This document shows, one piece after another, positions 9,506 through 19,311 of a DNA stretch of 64,000 nucleotides. Each line of letters begins with the position of its first letter. Position 1 is the stretch's first letter. Made by a program: the position numbers and the translations under genes. Where the stretch lies: positions 1,383 to 65,382 of IMG/VR virus record IMGVR_UViG_3300037455_000099. One strand, written 5' to 3'. Below the pieces are notes generated by a model. The model did not search any database and was not told the origin of the DNA. It saw only the letters and a list, made by a program, of their open reading frames with translations. Origin of the DNA: a virus. Its lineage: Duplodnaviria; Caudoviricetes.

Positions 9506-9892
9506 ATGTTCACTCTGTACAATCCTAACCCACGAGGAATCAACACAGGCGATTGTGTAATCCGAGCAATATGCAGAGCTACGGATAAGACGTGGGAAAA
9601 AGTTTATGCCGAACTCACAATCAAAGGCTTACAGGAAGCAATGTGGGGAGACACAAACACAGTCTGGGAAAAGTACCTTAAAGAAAATGGGTTTGTTAAG
9701 GAACTACTTCCAAACACCTGCCCAGACTGCTACACAATTGCTGATTTTGCAAATGAACACAAAGCCGGAACATTTATCGTTGCTACAGGAACTCATGTAG
9801 TCACTGTAAAAGACGGTAGATATTTCGACACTTGGGATTCGGGTTATTTGATTCCAAGCTATTACTTTCGTCTTGAGGAGGTAGCAAAATAA
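9506..9892 (+). CDS. conserved phage hypothetical protein (NPNP..GDCVIRAI...HVV; papain-like C/H pair)
   Basis: Motifs GDCVIRAI, CPDCYT, GTHVVTV, YFDTWDSG. Confidence 0.7.
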   Translation: MFTLYNPNPRGINTGDCVIRAICRATDKTWEKVYAELTIKGLQEAMWGDTNTVWEKYLKENGFVKELLPNTCPDCYTIADFANEHKAGTFIVATGTHVVTVKDGRYFDTWDSGYLIPSYYFRLEEVAK

Positions 9893-10383
9893 TGGATTAT
9901 AGAGGTTATCAATACTTTAATCCTTATGGTTCTGTGGTTACTCCAAATAACATGCAGACGTATGCCCCTCCTCAGTCAGTACAGCCTCAGATTCGTAGCG
10001 GCGGTATAGTAACTGTTGCTAATGAAGATGAAGCAAGAAGATATCCAGTAGCTCCAGGATACACTGTCACGATGAGAGATGAGACAAAACCATACCTTTA
10101 CGAAAAGACTATGGGTTATTCTCAGCTCGATCAGCCAATATTCAGGAAGGCTCGACTTGTATTTGAGGATGATACATCTCAGACACAGGAAAGCGCACCA
10201 ACACAAGAAAAACCATCTGAGCCGACACCCGTATATGCTGAACTCGCACAGTTAGAGGAGCTTAAAGCTTCAGTATCTGAAGAGCTACAGAATCTTCGAA
10301 AGATGATTGACAATATTAAGAATTCTCAGAATAACAACAATAATATTAATAAGGATAAGGGTAATAGAAATGATTCAAAATAA
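9892..10383 (+). CDS. Gln/Pro-rich hypothetical protein (first gene of the Q/N/C-rich module)
   Basis: SD GAGGAGG; TAATG coupling. Confidence 0.7.
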   Translation: MDYRGYQYFNPYGSVVTPNNMQTYAPPQSVQPQIRSGGIVTVANEDEARRYPVAPGYTVTMRDETKPYLYEKTMGYSQLDQPIFRKARLVFEDDTSQTQESAPTQEKPSEPTPVYAELAQLEELKASVSEELQNLRKMIDNIKNSQNNNNNINKDKGNRNDSK

Positions 10384-10618
10384 CTTAGTGTCATTCATGC
10401 AGTTTGTACAGAATCCTGCAGCTTTCTTTCAGCAGAGAGGAATGCAGCCACCACCTCAGGATGCACTTCAGTCTCCGCAGAACCTCATTCAGTACATGAT
10501 GAATTCGGGAAGCATCTCACAGGAACAGTACAATAATGCAGCAATGCAGGCAAAACAGCTACAGAACAACCCTCAGTTCATGCAAATGATGCAGGGGTGT
10601 TTTAATACAAATCGATAA
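10370..10618 (+). CDS. Gln/Met-rich small protein
   Basis: MIQNNLVSFMQFVQNP...; start chosen at ATG 10370. Confidence 0.65.
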   Translation: MIQNNLVSFMQFVQNPAAFFQQRGMQPPPQDALQSPQNLIQYMMNSGSISQEQYNNAAMQAKQLQNNPQFMQMMQGCFNTNR

Positions 10619-10644
10619 ACAATTTACAAAGGAGAAATGAGATT

Positions 10645-11526
10645 ATGGCACTTGGCGAAAACAACAATGTAGGCACAACAATGCTCGTTTCACCGTCAGC
10701 CGCACCGATGTACTACGGTAACAATGGTGGTGGTCTCGGTTTTGGAAACGATTGGGGCAGTCTTATCATTCTGTTCCTCCTCTTCGGTATGTTCGGTAAC
10801 GGTGGCTATGGCTATGGTGGAGGCTTCGGATGCAACTCTGAATTCCCATGGCTCTGGAACGGTCAAAATGGAATCAACACAAACATGAACAATGGATTCC
10901 AGAACGCTCAGCTCAACGATAACGTAGCATCTATAAGAGATGGCATCAGTGCTCTTAGTACACAGCTCTGCAACAGCACTGGCAATATTCAGATGGGTAT
11001 GTCTAACGGCTTTAACGGCGTAAACGCTTCAATTAATGCGGCTCAGAACGCTATTGCACAGCAGATGTATGCAAATCAGATTGCTGACATGGAGAGATCT
11101 TACGCTGCTCAGACAGCAAATACTCAGGGCATGAACGCTCTTCAGTCTCATCTTGCTCAGTGTTGTTGTGACAATAGAGCTGCTACACAGGACGTAAAGT
11201 TCACAATAGCTCAGGAAGAGTGTGCTACAAGAGCTAACTCAACAGCAAACACTCAGGCAATCCTTGATAAGCTCTGTCAGCTCGAACTCGACGGTTACAA
11301 GCGTGAAAACGACAGCCTCAGAACACAGCTGACATTCGCAAACATGCAGGCTTCACAGACAGCCCAGACAGCAGAACTGAGAAACGCACAGGCTACAACA
11401 GCAAACCAGCTCGTTAATGAGCTTCGTTCTTGCCCAATCCCGGCTCAGCCTGTATATGGTAATACTCCAATCTTCACATGCGCGCAGAACGTTGCCGGAT
11501 GCGGATGCAATGGTTATAATGGTTGA
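10645..11526 (+). CDS. Gly/Asn/Cys-rich coiled-coil protein (AQCCCD motif)
   Basis: SD AAAGGAG; one TM-like segment; CCC and CPIPA...GCGC motifs. Confidence 0.75.
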   Translation: MALGENNNVGTTMLVSPSAAPMYYGNNGGGLGFGNDWGSLIILFLLFGMFGNGGYGYGGGFGCNSEFPWLWNGQNGINTNMNNGFQNAQLNDNVASIRDGISALSTQLCNSTGNIQMGMSNGFNGVNASINAAQNAIAQQMYANQIADMERSYAAQTANTQGMNALQSHLAQCCCDNRAATQDVKFTIAQEECATRANSTANTQAILDKLCQLELDGYKRENDSLRTQLTFANMQASQTAQTAELRNAQATTANQLVNELRSCPIPAQPVYGNTPIFTCAQNVAGCGCNGYNG

Positions 11527-11540
11527 TGGGAGGTGGCAAT

Positions 11541-12023
11541 ATGGCTGCCGAATATTCAGCTAATGCGGTACAGACAGTCGAAGTAAATGCACCAGTTGTG
11601 TTTACTGAATCACCAGTACCATGTAGCCGAGGTATCATCTTTCACAGAGATGAATCAGGTATATTTCGCCTTGCTAATAACGCTGTGTCCAATACTTGTG
11701 GCTGTGGATGCGGTTGTAGAAAAGTGTATGAATCTCTCTATGCAATAACATTCCACGGAAACATAGCAATAGCAGAAGGTGGAACAGCAGGACCAATTCA
11801 GCTTTCCGTTTCAATAGACGGAGAACCAGATCCAAGCAGTACAATGATCGTAACACCAGCAGCCGTTGGTGACTTCCAGAATGTTGGAGCAGAGATCATT
11901 GTAGCTGTTCCAAGTCTTTGCGGATGCGAAAGTATCTCGGTAAGAAACACAAGCACACAGGCCATTGATGTGCAGAACGCGAATCTGACAATCAACTATC
12001 TTGGTTTAAGACGAGTTCTGTAA
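11541..12023 (+). CDS. beta-sandwich (BclA-C/TNF-like) protein with CGCGCGC
   Basis: SD GGAGGT; beta-strand-rich composition. Confidence 0.65.
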   Translation: MAAEYSANAVQTVEVNAPVVFTESPVPCSRGIIFHRDESGIFRLANNAVSNTCGCGCGCRKVYESLYAITFHGNIAIAEGGTAGPIQLSVSIDGEPDPSSTMIVTPAAVGDFQNVGAEIIVAVPSLCGCESISVRNTSTQAIDVQNANLTINYLGLRRVL

Positions 12024-12036
12024 GGAGGAGATAATT

Positions 12037-12417
12037 ATGCACAAACTTAAAATTCTTCGTGATAACCTCATGGAAGAGCTCGAATCATTTGCTGACAGAC
12101 CAGTGAATGAAAGAGATCTCGAATTTGTTGATAAGCTCAGTCATTCTCTTAAGTGCATCGACACAGTTTGCGCTATGGAAAATTATGACGGCTATTCAGG
12201 AAGAACATATCGTGATAACTACTCTGGTAGAATGTATCGCGATAACTATTCGTACGGCAATATGGGCTCTCGCAGAGGCTATAGCAATCTCGGCAGATAC
12301 AGCAGGGATGAAGCTAAGGATAGACTCGTTAGCGAGATGGAAGGCATGATGAATGAAGTGTCTCCAGAAGCTCAGCATGCAATTCAGAGAGCTATCAACG
12401 CACTCAACATGGAATAA
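12037..12417 (+). CDS. hypothetical protein with YSGRxYRDNYS repeats
   Basis: SD AAGGAGG; direct repeat of YSGRxYRDNYS. Confidence 0.7.
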   Translation: MHKLKILRDNLMEELESFADRPVNERDLEFVDKLSHSLKCIDTVCAMENYDGYSGRTYRDNYSGRMYRDNYSYGNMGSRRGYSNLGRYSRDEAKDRLVSEMEGMMNEVSPEAQHAIQRAINALNME

Positions 12418-12447
12418 TAACACAATAATATAAATGAAAGGATTTGG

Positions 12448-13179
12448 GTGATTTTTTTTATGGCAACAAGAGAACTCTTACTCAAAGAAGCCAAGAAAAG
12501 AATAGGCAAAAGTGGGCACGATCTCTTCGAAAGATACAGTTGTCGTACCCATTGGTGTATGATGCAGGTATACTATCTCTTACATGATGTGTGTGAGATT
12601 GATATTCCTAAATCTTATAGTTGTTCGGTATGGATGAATACTGGATACGCTATGGCAAGACTCAATCACGAGTACAACACAGCGGAAGTCGGTGATATTC
12701 TGTTCTTCGAGAACAATGGTAATAGAGCTGACGGCCCAGATCATGTTGGTATTGTAATTGAGAATACTGGTCATTCGATAAAGGTCCTCGAAGGTAATAC
12801 TAACGGCGTAGAAGGAAACTGGTATAATACGAGCACCACAGGAGTCTTCGAATATTCTTATGATTATTCAGGCTTTGAATGTATTATTGATATGTCTAAT
12901 GAATTCGATTCTAGTGACATCGAAAAAGTTGAATCTGAGCCAGTGCCCGATACATTTGAAGTCTCGATCCGTGCACTCAGGAAGGGTCACACAGGAAGAG
13001 ACGTCAAAAGTCTACAAAGGTTATTATTTACCGATGGATATTCGGTTGGATCTTGCGGAGATGATGGAGATTTTGGGAAAGACACCGAAAAAGCAGTCAT
13101 CCGATTCCAGTCCGAACACGATCTTGAGTCTGACGGAATTGTAGGACCAAAAACATTTAGAGCCCTTTGGGGGTGCTGA
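12448..13179 (+). CDS. endolysin (CHAP catalytic domain + peptidoglycan-binding domain)
   Basis: HWC...DHVGIV...EGNT; C-terminal LRKGHTGRDVKSLQ...DGDFG..T..AV..FQ...DGIVGPKT. Confidence 0.88.
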   Translation: MIFFMATRELLLKEAKKRIGKSGHDLFERYSCRTHWCMMQVYYLLHDVCEIDIPKSYSCSVWMNTGYAMARLNHEYNTAEVGDILFFENNGNRADGPDHVGIVIENTGHSIKVLEGNTNGVEGNWYNTSTTGVFEYSYDYSGFECIIDMSNEFDSSDIEKVESEPVPDTFEVSIRALRKGHTGRDVKSLQRLLFTDGYSVGSCGDDGDFGKDTEKAVIRFQSEHDLESDGIVGPKTFRALWGC

Positions 13180-13364
13180 GTGTGCCTACAGTAAAAACTA
13201 GACTCACAAATCTCTTGACTGTCAAATCGGTTGTGACATTCCTGCTCACAGGAGCATTTGTATACCTTTCTATTCAAGGGAAGATAGAGGCAAATGTGTT
13301 TATGACAGTCTACACAACAGTAATTGGGTTCTACTTTGGAACTCAACATGAAAAGAAAGGCTAA
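13167..13364 (+). CDS. holin
   Basis: Two TM helices, FYFGTQ motif, basic tail; adjacent to the endolysin. Confidence 0.75.
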   Translation: MGVLSVPTVKTRLTNLLTVKSVVTFLLTGAFVYLSIQGKIEANVFMTVYTTVIGFYFGTQHEKKG

Positions 13365-13382
13365 AGGGGGAATCCAGTCAAA

Positions 13383-14633
13383 ATGGAGAAGATAACCCTT
13401 GGTGATAGAATTCGTAATGGATGGAACGCGTTTATAAACCGTATTCCAAAGATGGATTTTTATCATCAACAGTCTTACGCCAGCAGACCGGATGCTCCAA
13501 GGTTGAAACGACAGAATTCCAAGAGTATGATCTCTCCAATCCTAACAAGAATTGCAATAGATTGTGCTCAGACAGAACTCAAACATGTAAGAATTGATGC
13601 TGATACTAAGAAATACTCTGACGACATTGATTCTACATTAAATGATTGTTTCAACTGGGAAGCTAACATCGATCAGTCTGGTTCAGACTTTAAACTTGAT
13701 ATTTTCCTGTCGCTCCTTGACGAGGGATGCATAGCTATCGTACCTGTGGACACTGACAGAGATCCCTACGATGGCTCCTTCGATATTTTGTCAATGAGAA
13801 CAGCGAAGGTATTAGAATGGTTTCCGAAAGCTGTACGAGTGCAACTCTACAACGAAAGAAACGGAAACAAGGAAGAACTTACACTTCCTAAATCTCAAGT
13901 TGCTATTATACAAAATCCTCTTTATAGCATCCTCAACGAACCTAACTCAACGCTTCAAAGGCTCGTTAGGAAGCTTGCACTGTTAGACAGTGTCGACGAG
14001 AAATCGAGTTCGGGCAAGCTGGACCTCATTGTTCAGCTCCCTTACTTGATTCGTGGAGAGGCTCGTAAAAAGCAAGCAAAAGAAAGACGTCAGGACATCG
14101 AAGACCAGCTTACAAATGGCAAATACGGTATCGCATATACTGACGCAACAGAAAAGGTTATTCAGCTCAATAGACCAGTTGAGAACCAGCTGATGTCTCA
14201 GGTTGAATACTTAACAAACTTATTATTCTCTCAGTTAGGTATAACACAGACTATTCTCGACGGTACAGCCGATGAACAGACTTTACTTAACTATTACCAG
14301 AGAACAATAAATCCAATAATTGAGGCTGTTACGGCAGAACTCAATAGGAAATTCATCTCTAAAACTGCCCGCACTCAGGGTCAGGCTATAATGGCATTCA
14401 GAGATCCATTTAAGCTCGTACCAGTAAACAACATCGCTGAGATTGCGGATAAGTTCACAAGAAATGAAATCCTAAGTTCTAATGAAATCAGACAGATTAT
14501 TGGCATGAAACCTTCTGACGACCCTAAGGCAGACGAACTCATTAACTCCAACTTAAACCACAATGAGAATGAAATGCCAGCAGGTGAAGAGGAATACGAA
14601 CAATCCATAGATGAAAACAAGGAGGAATACTGA
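13383..14633 (+). CDS. portal protein
   Basis: 416 aa; upstream of capsid; SLLDEG, LDLIVQLPY, NEIRQIIG motifs. Confidence 0.85.
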   Translation: MEKITLGDRIRNGWNAFINRIPKMDFYHQQSYASRPDAPRLKRQNSKSMISPILTRIAIDCAQTELKHVRIDADTKKYSDDIDSTLNDCFNWEANIDQSGSDFKLDIFLSLLDEGCIAIVPVDTDRDPYDGSFDILSMRTAKVLEWFPKAVRVQLYNERNGNKEELTLPKSQVAIIQNPLYSILNEPNSTLQRLVRKLALLDSVDEKSSSGKLDLIVQLPYLIRGEARKKQAKERRQDIEDQLTNGKYGIAYTDATEKVIQLNRPVENQLMSQVEYLTNLLFSQLGITQTILDGTADEQTLLNYYQRTINPIIEAVTAELNRKFISKTARTQGQAIMAFRDPFKLVPVNNIAEIADKFTRNEILSSNEIRQIIGMKPSDDPKADELINSNLNHNENEMPAGEEEYEQSIDENKEEY

Positions 14634-14634
14634 A

Positions 14635-14961
14635 ATGAGAATTCATAATCAGGAAATCGACCTTACTGGCATGACAACTTCTAAGACAGAAGGCTACGTT
14701 GTACCAGCAAGAGAATACGAAAAGGCAAACGACCAGCACGTAAGAACAATCACACTCTTCGCAAACGGCTCAAAGGCTCTTTTCCAGGATTCAAGCAAGA
14801 CTAAGGCTGCAGACCCAGCGGAAGCACTCCGTCTCTTCAACATGGGTGCACTTATCATTGAAGACACTGCAGTTAAGTACGTTCCAACAGCTGGACGTAT
14901 GGACGGCACAACAGCTAAGTTCACTGTAGGCGAATCTACATACACAGCTGCAGCAGTTTAA
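14635..14961 (+). CDS. hypothetical protein between portal and capsid
   Basis: SD AAGGAGG; codon usage resembles the capsid gene. Confidence 0.6.
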   Translation: MRIHNQEIDLTGMTTSKTEGYVVPAREYEKANDQHVRTITLFANGSKALFQDSSKTKAADPAEALRLFNMGALIIEDTAVKYVPTAGRMDGTTAKFTVGESTYTAAAV

Positions 14962-14976
14962 TGGAGGAACGTCAAA

Positions 14977-16743
14977 ATGGGAGCAGACTTTGAAGGTTGG
15001 GTAACCAAAAACAACGTTGTCTGCGGTGACGGACTCATCATCAAGGAAAATGCTTTCGCCCATAACGACAGACAGACTGTACCTCTTGTCTACAATCACA
15101 ATCATGATAACATAGACAATGTTCTTGGTTATTGTGAACTTGAGAATAGACGAGAGGGTGTATGGGGCCGTGCATACCTCAACGATACTGAAAGTGGCGA
15201 AATCGCTAAGAAGATCATCAAACACGGTGATGTAAAAGCTTTCTCTATCTATGCTAATGCGCTTAAGAAGAACGGCAATAACCTTCTTCACGGTGACATT
15301 AAAGAGGTATCTCTCGTATTAGCTGGCTGCAATCCAGGAGCTCACATCCAGTACGTTGATATGGCTCACGGTGAAAACGGCGAACACGAGGAAGCAATTA
15401 TATCCTTTATCGATGATCCAGAGGACAACGGTAATGACGAAACTATCGAACACTCAGAAGAAACTTCAAAAGAAGAAGTTATTCAGCACAGTGACGATAA
15501 AAAGGAGGAATCCAAGGTGGCAGACGAAACCAAGGAAACAGGAAACAAGAGCATCAAGGATATTTTCAATGGTGCAATGAATAAGTTATCTGAAGAAGAG
15601 CAGCAGGCTATCTACGCTATTGTAGGAATGGCTCTTAAGGATGACGAATCTGATAATGAAGGAGAGAATGAAATGAAACACAATGTTTTCGACAACGACG
15701 AAAAGCAGGAAGGCACTGTAATCTCTCACGAAGCTGAAGGTGTTATCATCGGCGACGCTAAGAGATACGGCTCAATGAAGGAATCTGTAATCGCTCACAG
15801 CGAAGAATACGGTATTGACGGTATTGAGTGGCTCTTCCCAGAAGTACACAACATGAACACAACACCTGAGTTTATCAAGAGAGATACAACTTGGGTTGAT
15901 GATGTGTTCAATGGCGCCCACAAGGTACCATGGACAAGAATCAAGAGTGTCTTCGCTGATATAACAGAAGACGACGCTCGTGCGAAAGGTTATCTTAAAG
16001 GTAACTACAAGAAGGAAGAAGTATTCAGCCTTCTCAAGAGAACAACACAGCCGTGTACCATCTACAAGAAACAGAAGATGGATCGCGACGATGTTGTTGA
16101 TATCACAGATTTCGACGTAATCAGCTGGATCAAGACAGAAATGAGAATGATGCTCAACGAGGAAATCGCAAGAGCTATCCTCCTCGGCGACGGCAGACCA
16201 GCATCTTCTGACGACAAGATCAACGAGCAGTGCATCAGACCTATCTACAAGGATGAAGCATTCTACTCAATCAAGAACAAGGTTGCATTCGCAGCTGACG
16301 ACACAGATGCTATCAAGACAAAGAAGATCATCGACAGCATCATCAGATCAAGAAAGTTCTACAAGGGTTCAGGCAACCCAACACTCTTCACAACAGAAGA
16401 CTTTGTTACTGACTGCCTCCTCCTCGAAGATGGCATCGGTCACAAGCTTTACAAGAGTGTTGCTGAAGTTGCTACAGCTCTCCGTGTAAGCAAGATCGTT
16501 ACTGTTGAAGTAATGGAGGGCGTGTCAAGAGAAGAATCTGGTGTTAACCTCGACCTTGTTGGTATTATCGTTAACATGAAGGACTACAGCGTAGGTTCAG
16601 ATAAGGGCGGCAGTGTAAATATGTTTGAGGACTTCGATATCGACTATAACCAGCAGAAGTACCTCATCGAAACACGTTGCTCTGGCTCACTCACAAAGCC
16701 ATTCTCAGCTATCGTTGTTGAATCTTACACAGCTCAGGGCTAA
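14977..16743 (+). CDS. prohead protease-scaffold-major capsid fusion
   Basis: HK97-type protease motifs (PLVYNHNH, FSI, EVSLV..G.NPGA), acidic linker, capsid C-terminus (ETRCSGSL). Confidence 0.88.
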   Translation: MGADFEGWVTKNNVVCGDGLIIKENAFAHNDRQTVPLVYNHNHDNIDNVLGYCELENRREGVWGRAYLNDTESGEIAKKIIKHGDVKAFSIYANALKKNGNNLLHGDIKEVSLVLAGCNPGAHIQYVDMAHGENGEHEEAIISFIDDPEDNGNDETIEHSEETSKEEVIQHSDDKKEESKVADETKETGNKSIKDIFNGAMNKLSEEEQQAIYAIVGMALKDDESDNEGENEMKHNVFDNDEKQEGTVISHEAEGVIIGDAKRYGSMKESVIAHSEEYGIDGIEWLFPEVHNMNTTPEFIKRDTTWVDDVFNGAHKVPWTRIKSVFADITEDDARAKGYLKGNYKKEEVFSLLKRTTQPCTIYKKQKMDRDDVVDITDFDVISWIKTEMRMMLNEEIARAILLGDGRPASSDDKINEQCIRPIYKDEAFYSIKNKVAFAADDTDAIKTKKIIDSIIRSRKFYKGSGNPTLFTTEDFVTDCLLLEDGIGHKLYKSVAEVATALRVSKIVTVEVMEGVSREESGVNLDLVGIIVNMKDYSVGSDKGGSVNMFEDFDIDYNQQKYLIETRCSGSLTKPFSAIVVESYTAQG

Positions 16744-16788
16744 TAAGATACCGCAATATTCCTAATCATTCAAAATGGAGGTCTCACA

Positions 16789-17118
16789 ATGAAATGGTCT
16801 GGCAAAATAGGCTTCTTCATTGAGGAAGAGGTATTTAAAAATGGTGTCGGCACTGGTGTCTGGAAGAAAGGCATTACGGAACGACACTATGCTGGTGACT
16901 TGCTAAAAGATTATCGCTCTCAGGACTCTAGTGGTCAGGTGAATGATAACTTAAACATCAGCAATACTATATCTATCGTAGCTGATCGTTTCATTGACGA
17001 CCACATTATGGATATAGTTTATATTTACTTTAAAAACAAAAAGTTTAAAGTTAAAGGTTTTACACCAAACTATCCTCGAATCGAACTTCAGATAGGAGGG
17101 CTGTATAATGGACAGTAG
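16789..17118 (+). CDS. head-closure (stopper) protein
   Basis: Position after capsid; NISNTISIVAD, W/F-K-V motifs. Confidence 0.65.
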   Translation: MKWSGKIGFFIEEEVFKNGVGTGVWKKGITERHYAGDLLKDYRSQDSSGQVNDNLNISNTISIVADRFIDDHIMDIVYIYFKNKKFKVKGFTPNYPRIELQIGGLYNGQ

Positions 17119-17416
17119 ACTTGAACTACAAAAGATGCTAGAGGAATTACTCGGCACAAGACACGTATATTTTCAGCCCCCATCTAATTTCGTAATGGAG
17201 TATCCTTGTATTAGGTATACTTTAAGAGATATAGATACTAAAACCGCTAACAATAAACCATACAAATTTGACACGAGTTACGAACTTACGTACATTGACG
17301 AAGACCCAGACAGTGATATTCCAAGGAAACTCGCTTCTCTTCCAATGTGTACTATGTTAAGAACCTACATTTCCGATGGTCTTAACTGTTATGTGTTTGT
17401 AATTCATCACAAATAA
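17108..17416 (+). CDS. tail terminator/completion protein
   Basis: VYFQPP...YPCIRY motif; position before the major tail gene. Confidence 0.7.
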   Translation: MDSRLELQKMLEELLGTRHVYFQPPSNFVMEYPCIRYTLRDIDTKTANNKPYKFDTSYELTYIDEDPDSDIPRKLASLPMCTMLRTYISDGLNCYVFVIHHK

Positions 17417-17431
17417 GGAGGAAAAATCACT

Positions 17432-18163
17432 ATGGCAAGAATTAAATGGGATGAAGACGGCCACAAGCTTTATGAAACTGGTGTGCGTCAGGCAGTTCTC
17501 TATCCACAGAAGGCAGACGGTACATACGACACAGGTGTGGGCTGGGATGGCCTTACAGCTGTAAACGAATCACCATCAGGCGGCGAAATCACAACACTTT
17601 ACGCAAACGACAACGAATACCTCCAGCTTCTTTCAAAGGAAACATACTCTTGCACTATCGAAGCATATACATGCCCAGATGAGTTCAAGGAATGCGACGG
17701 CTCAAAGAAGGTTGACGGTATCTACCTCGGACAGCAGAACAGAAAACCATTCGGCTTCGCATTCAGAACTGCTATTGGTAACGATACTGAAGGTACAGAT
17801 CACGGCTATGAAATCACACTCGTTTACGGTTGCCGTGCACAGCCATCTTCAAGAAACCACTCAACAATCAACGAATCACCAGAAGCTGCAACACTCTCAT
17901 GGGAAGCTAAGGCAACACCTGTTGAACTTCCTGCAGCTACATACGGCAGCGGTCTCAACAGATCTGCTACAATCAAGGTAAGATCAACAGATTTCAGCTC
18001 AAGTCCTACAGAGCAGGGTTACCTCAAGGCATTTGAAGACTTCCTCTATGGTACAGATTCTTCAACAGAAGGCGGTACAACTGTTCCGGGAACAGATCCA
18101 AGATTCCCAACACCACAGCAGGTTCACGACCTTCTCACAACAGGTACAACAACTAACGGCTGA
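17432..18163 (+). CDS. major tail tube protein
   Basis: YETGV, W.GLTAVNESPSGGE, LYAND, YTCPDEF, HGYEITLVY motifs. Confidence 0.85.
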   Translation: MARIKWDEDGHKLYETGVRQAVLYPQKADGTYDTGVGWDGLTAVNESPSGGEITTLYANDNEYLQLLSKETYSCTIEAYTCPDEFKECDGSKKVDGIYLGQQNRKPFGFAFRTAIGNDTEGTDHGYEITLVYGCRAQPSSRNHSTINESPEAATLSWEAKATPVELPAATYGSGLNRSATIKVRSTDFSSSPTEQGYLKAFEDFLYGTDSSTEGGTTVPGTDPRFPTPQQVHDLLTTGTTTNG

Positions 18164-18296
18164 TAACCTCCGTTTCGTACATATTTCCCTACCAAAATTT
18201 CTAAGAACCATTGAATAATTGTGTTTGTATGCGGGTCACCCCTATTGATTCGCATACTTACACTTTTATATTTAATTTAAAAGGAGAACAAATATT

Positions 18297-18707
18297 ATGT
18301 TAAAGAAAGTTATTAAGTACACAGACTACAATGGAGTAGAAAGAGAAGAACCATTCTACTTTAACCTCAACAAAGCAGAGCTCATTGAACTCGAGATGTC
18401 CGTTGATGGAGGTCTCACAGAGTTCATCACAAGAGTAGTTCAGACACAGGATCAGAAGGAACTTATCAAGCTTTTCAAGAGTTTCATTCTCAAGGCTTAC
18501 GGCGTCAAGTCAGACGACGGCAAGAGATTCATCAAGAGTCCTGAAATCTCAGAGGAATTCGCTTCAACAGAAGCATACAGCGAACTCTTCATGGAACTTA
18601 TGTCAAGCACTGAGAACATGACAAACTTCGTAAATGCTCTTGCTCCTCAGGGTGTAACAGTTGATGAAGCACAGGCTAAGAAATTCCTTGAAGATCGTAT
18701 GAAATAA
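18297..18707 (+). CDS. tail assembly chaperone
   Basis: Follows the tail tube gene; FYFNLNKAEL, AYGVKSDDGKRF. Confidence 0.7.
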   Translation: MLKKVIKYTDYNGVEREEPFYFNLNKAELIELEMSVDGGLTEFITRVVQTQDQKELIKLFKSFILKAYGVKSDDGKRFIKSPEISEEFASTEAYSELFMELMSSTENMTNFVNALAPQGVTVDEAQAKKFLEDRMK

Positions 18708-18733
18708 GAAAAGAACGGATGGAGTAAAGAGAG

Positions 18734-19300
18734 ATGCTTACATTAACTTTACCAGAAGAAGAAAACTATGACGAAGTAAAGAACGAATTCTATACTTATC
18801 CAAAGGTGACGCTAAAATTAGAGCATTCTCTCCTCTCTCTGTCAAAATGGGAACAAATCTACAAGAAACCGTTCCTGACAGATGGAGAGAAAACACCTGA
18901 AGAAACTATAAATTATATTCGTTGTATGATGATAGGTCCAGAAGCTAATGACCCTATTGTAATACGACGATTAAAGAATAGTCCTAAGATTATGGACAGG
19001 ATTCAAAAGTACATAGAAGACCCTATGTGTGCAACAACCATCCAAAACGATGGTAAGGGCAAGCAAAGAAGAGAAATCATAACAGCTGAAGTAATCTACT
19101 ATGATATGATAGCTCTCCAAATACCACTAGAATTAGAAAAATGGCATTTAAATAGACTACTTACTTTAATACAAGTTTGTAGTATAAAGAATGAACCTAG
19201 CAAGAATTCTAAAATGTCCATGAATGATGTATATGCTAAGCAGGAAGCTATAAACAAAGCGAATAAGGCAAGAATAGCAGCAATGAAAGCCAAAAAATGA
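18734..19300 (+). CDS. tail assembly protein (chaperone partner)
   Basis: LEHSLLSLSKWE, WHLNRLLTLI motifs; own SD GGAG. Confidence 0.65.
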   Translation: MLTLTLPEEENYDEVKNEFYTYPKVTLKLEHSLLSLSKWEQIYKKPFLTDGEKTPEETINYIRCMMIGPEANDPIVIRRLKNSPKIMDRIQKYIEDPMCATTIQNDGKGKQRREIITAEVIYYDMIALQIPLELEKWHLNRLLTLIQVCSIKNEPSKNSKMSMNDVYAKQEAINKANKARIAAMKAKK

Positions 19301-19311
19301 GGTGATGAAGA

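Noticed and set aside
18690-18740. Programmed -1 frameshift between the tail chaperone genes
   Set aside because: No XXXYYYZ slippery heptamer before the stop, and the downstream ORF has its own SD and ATG.
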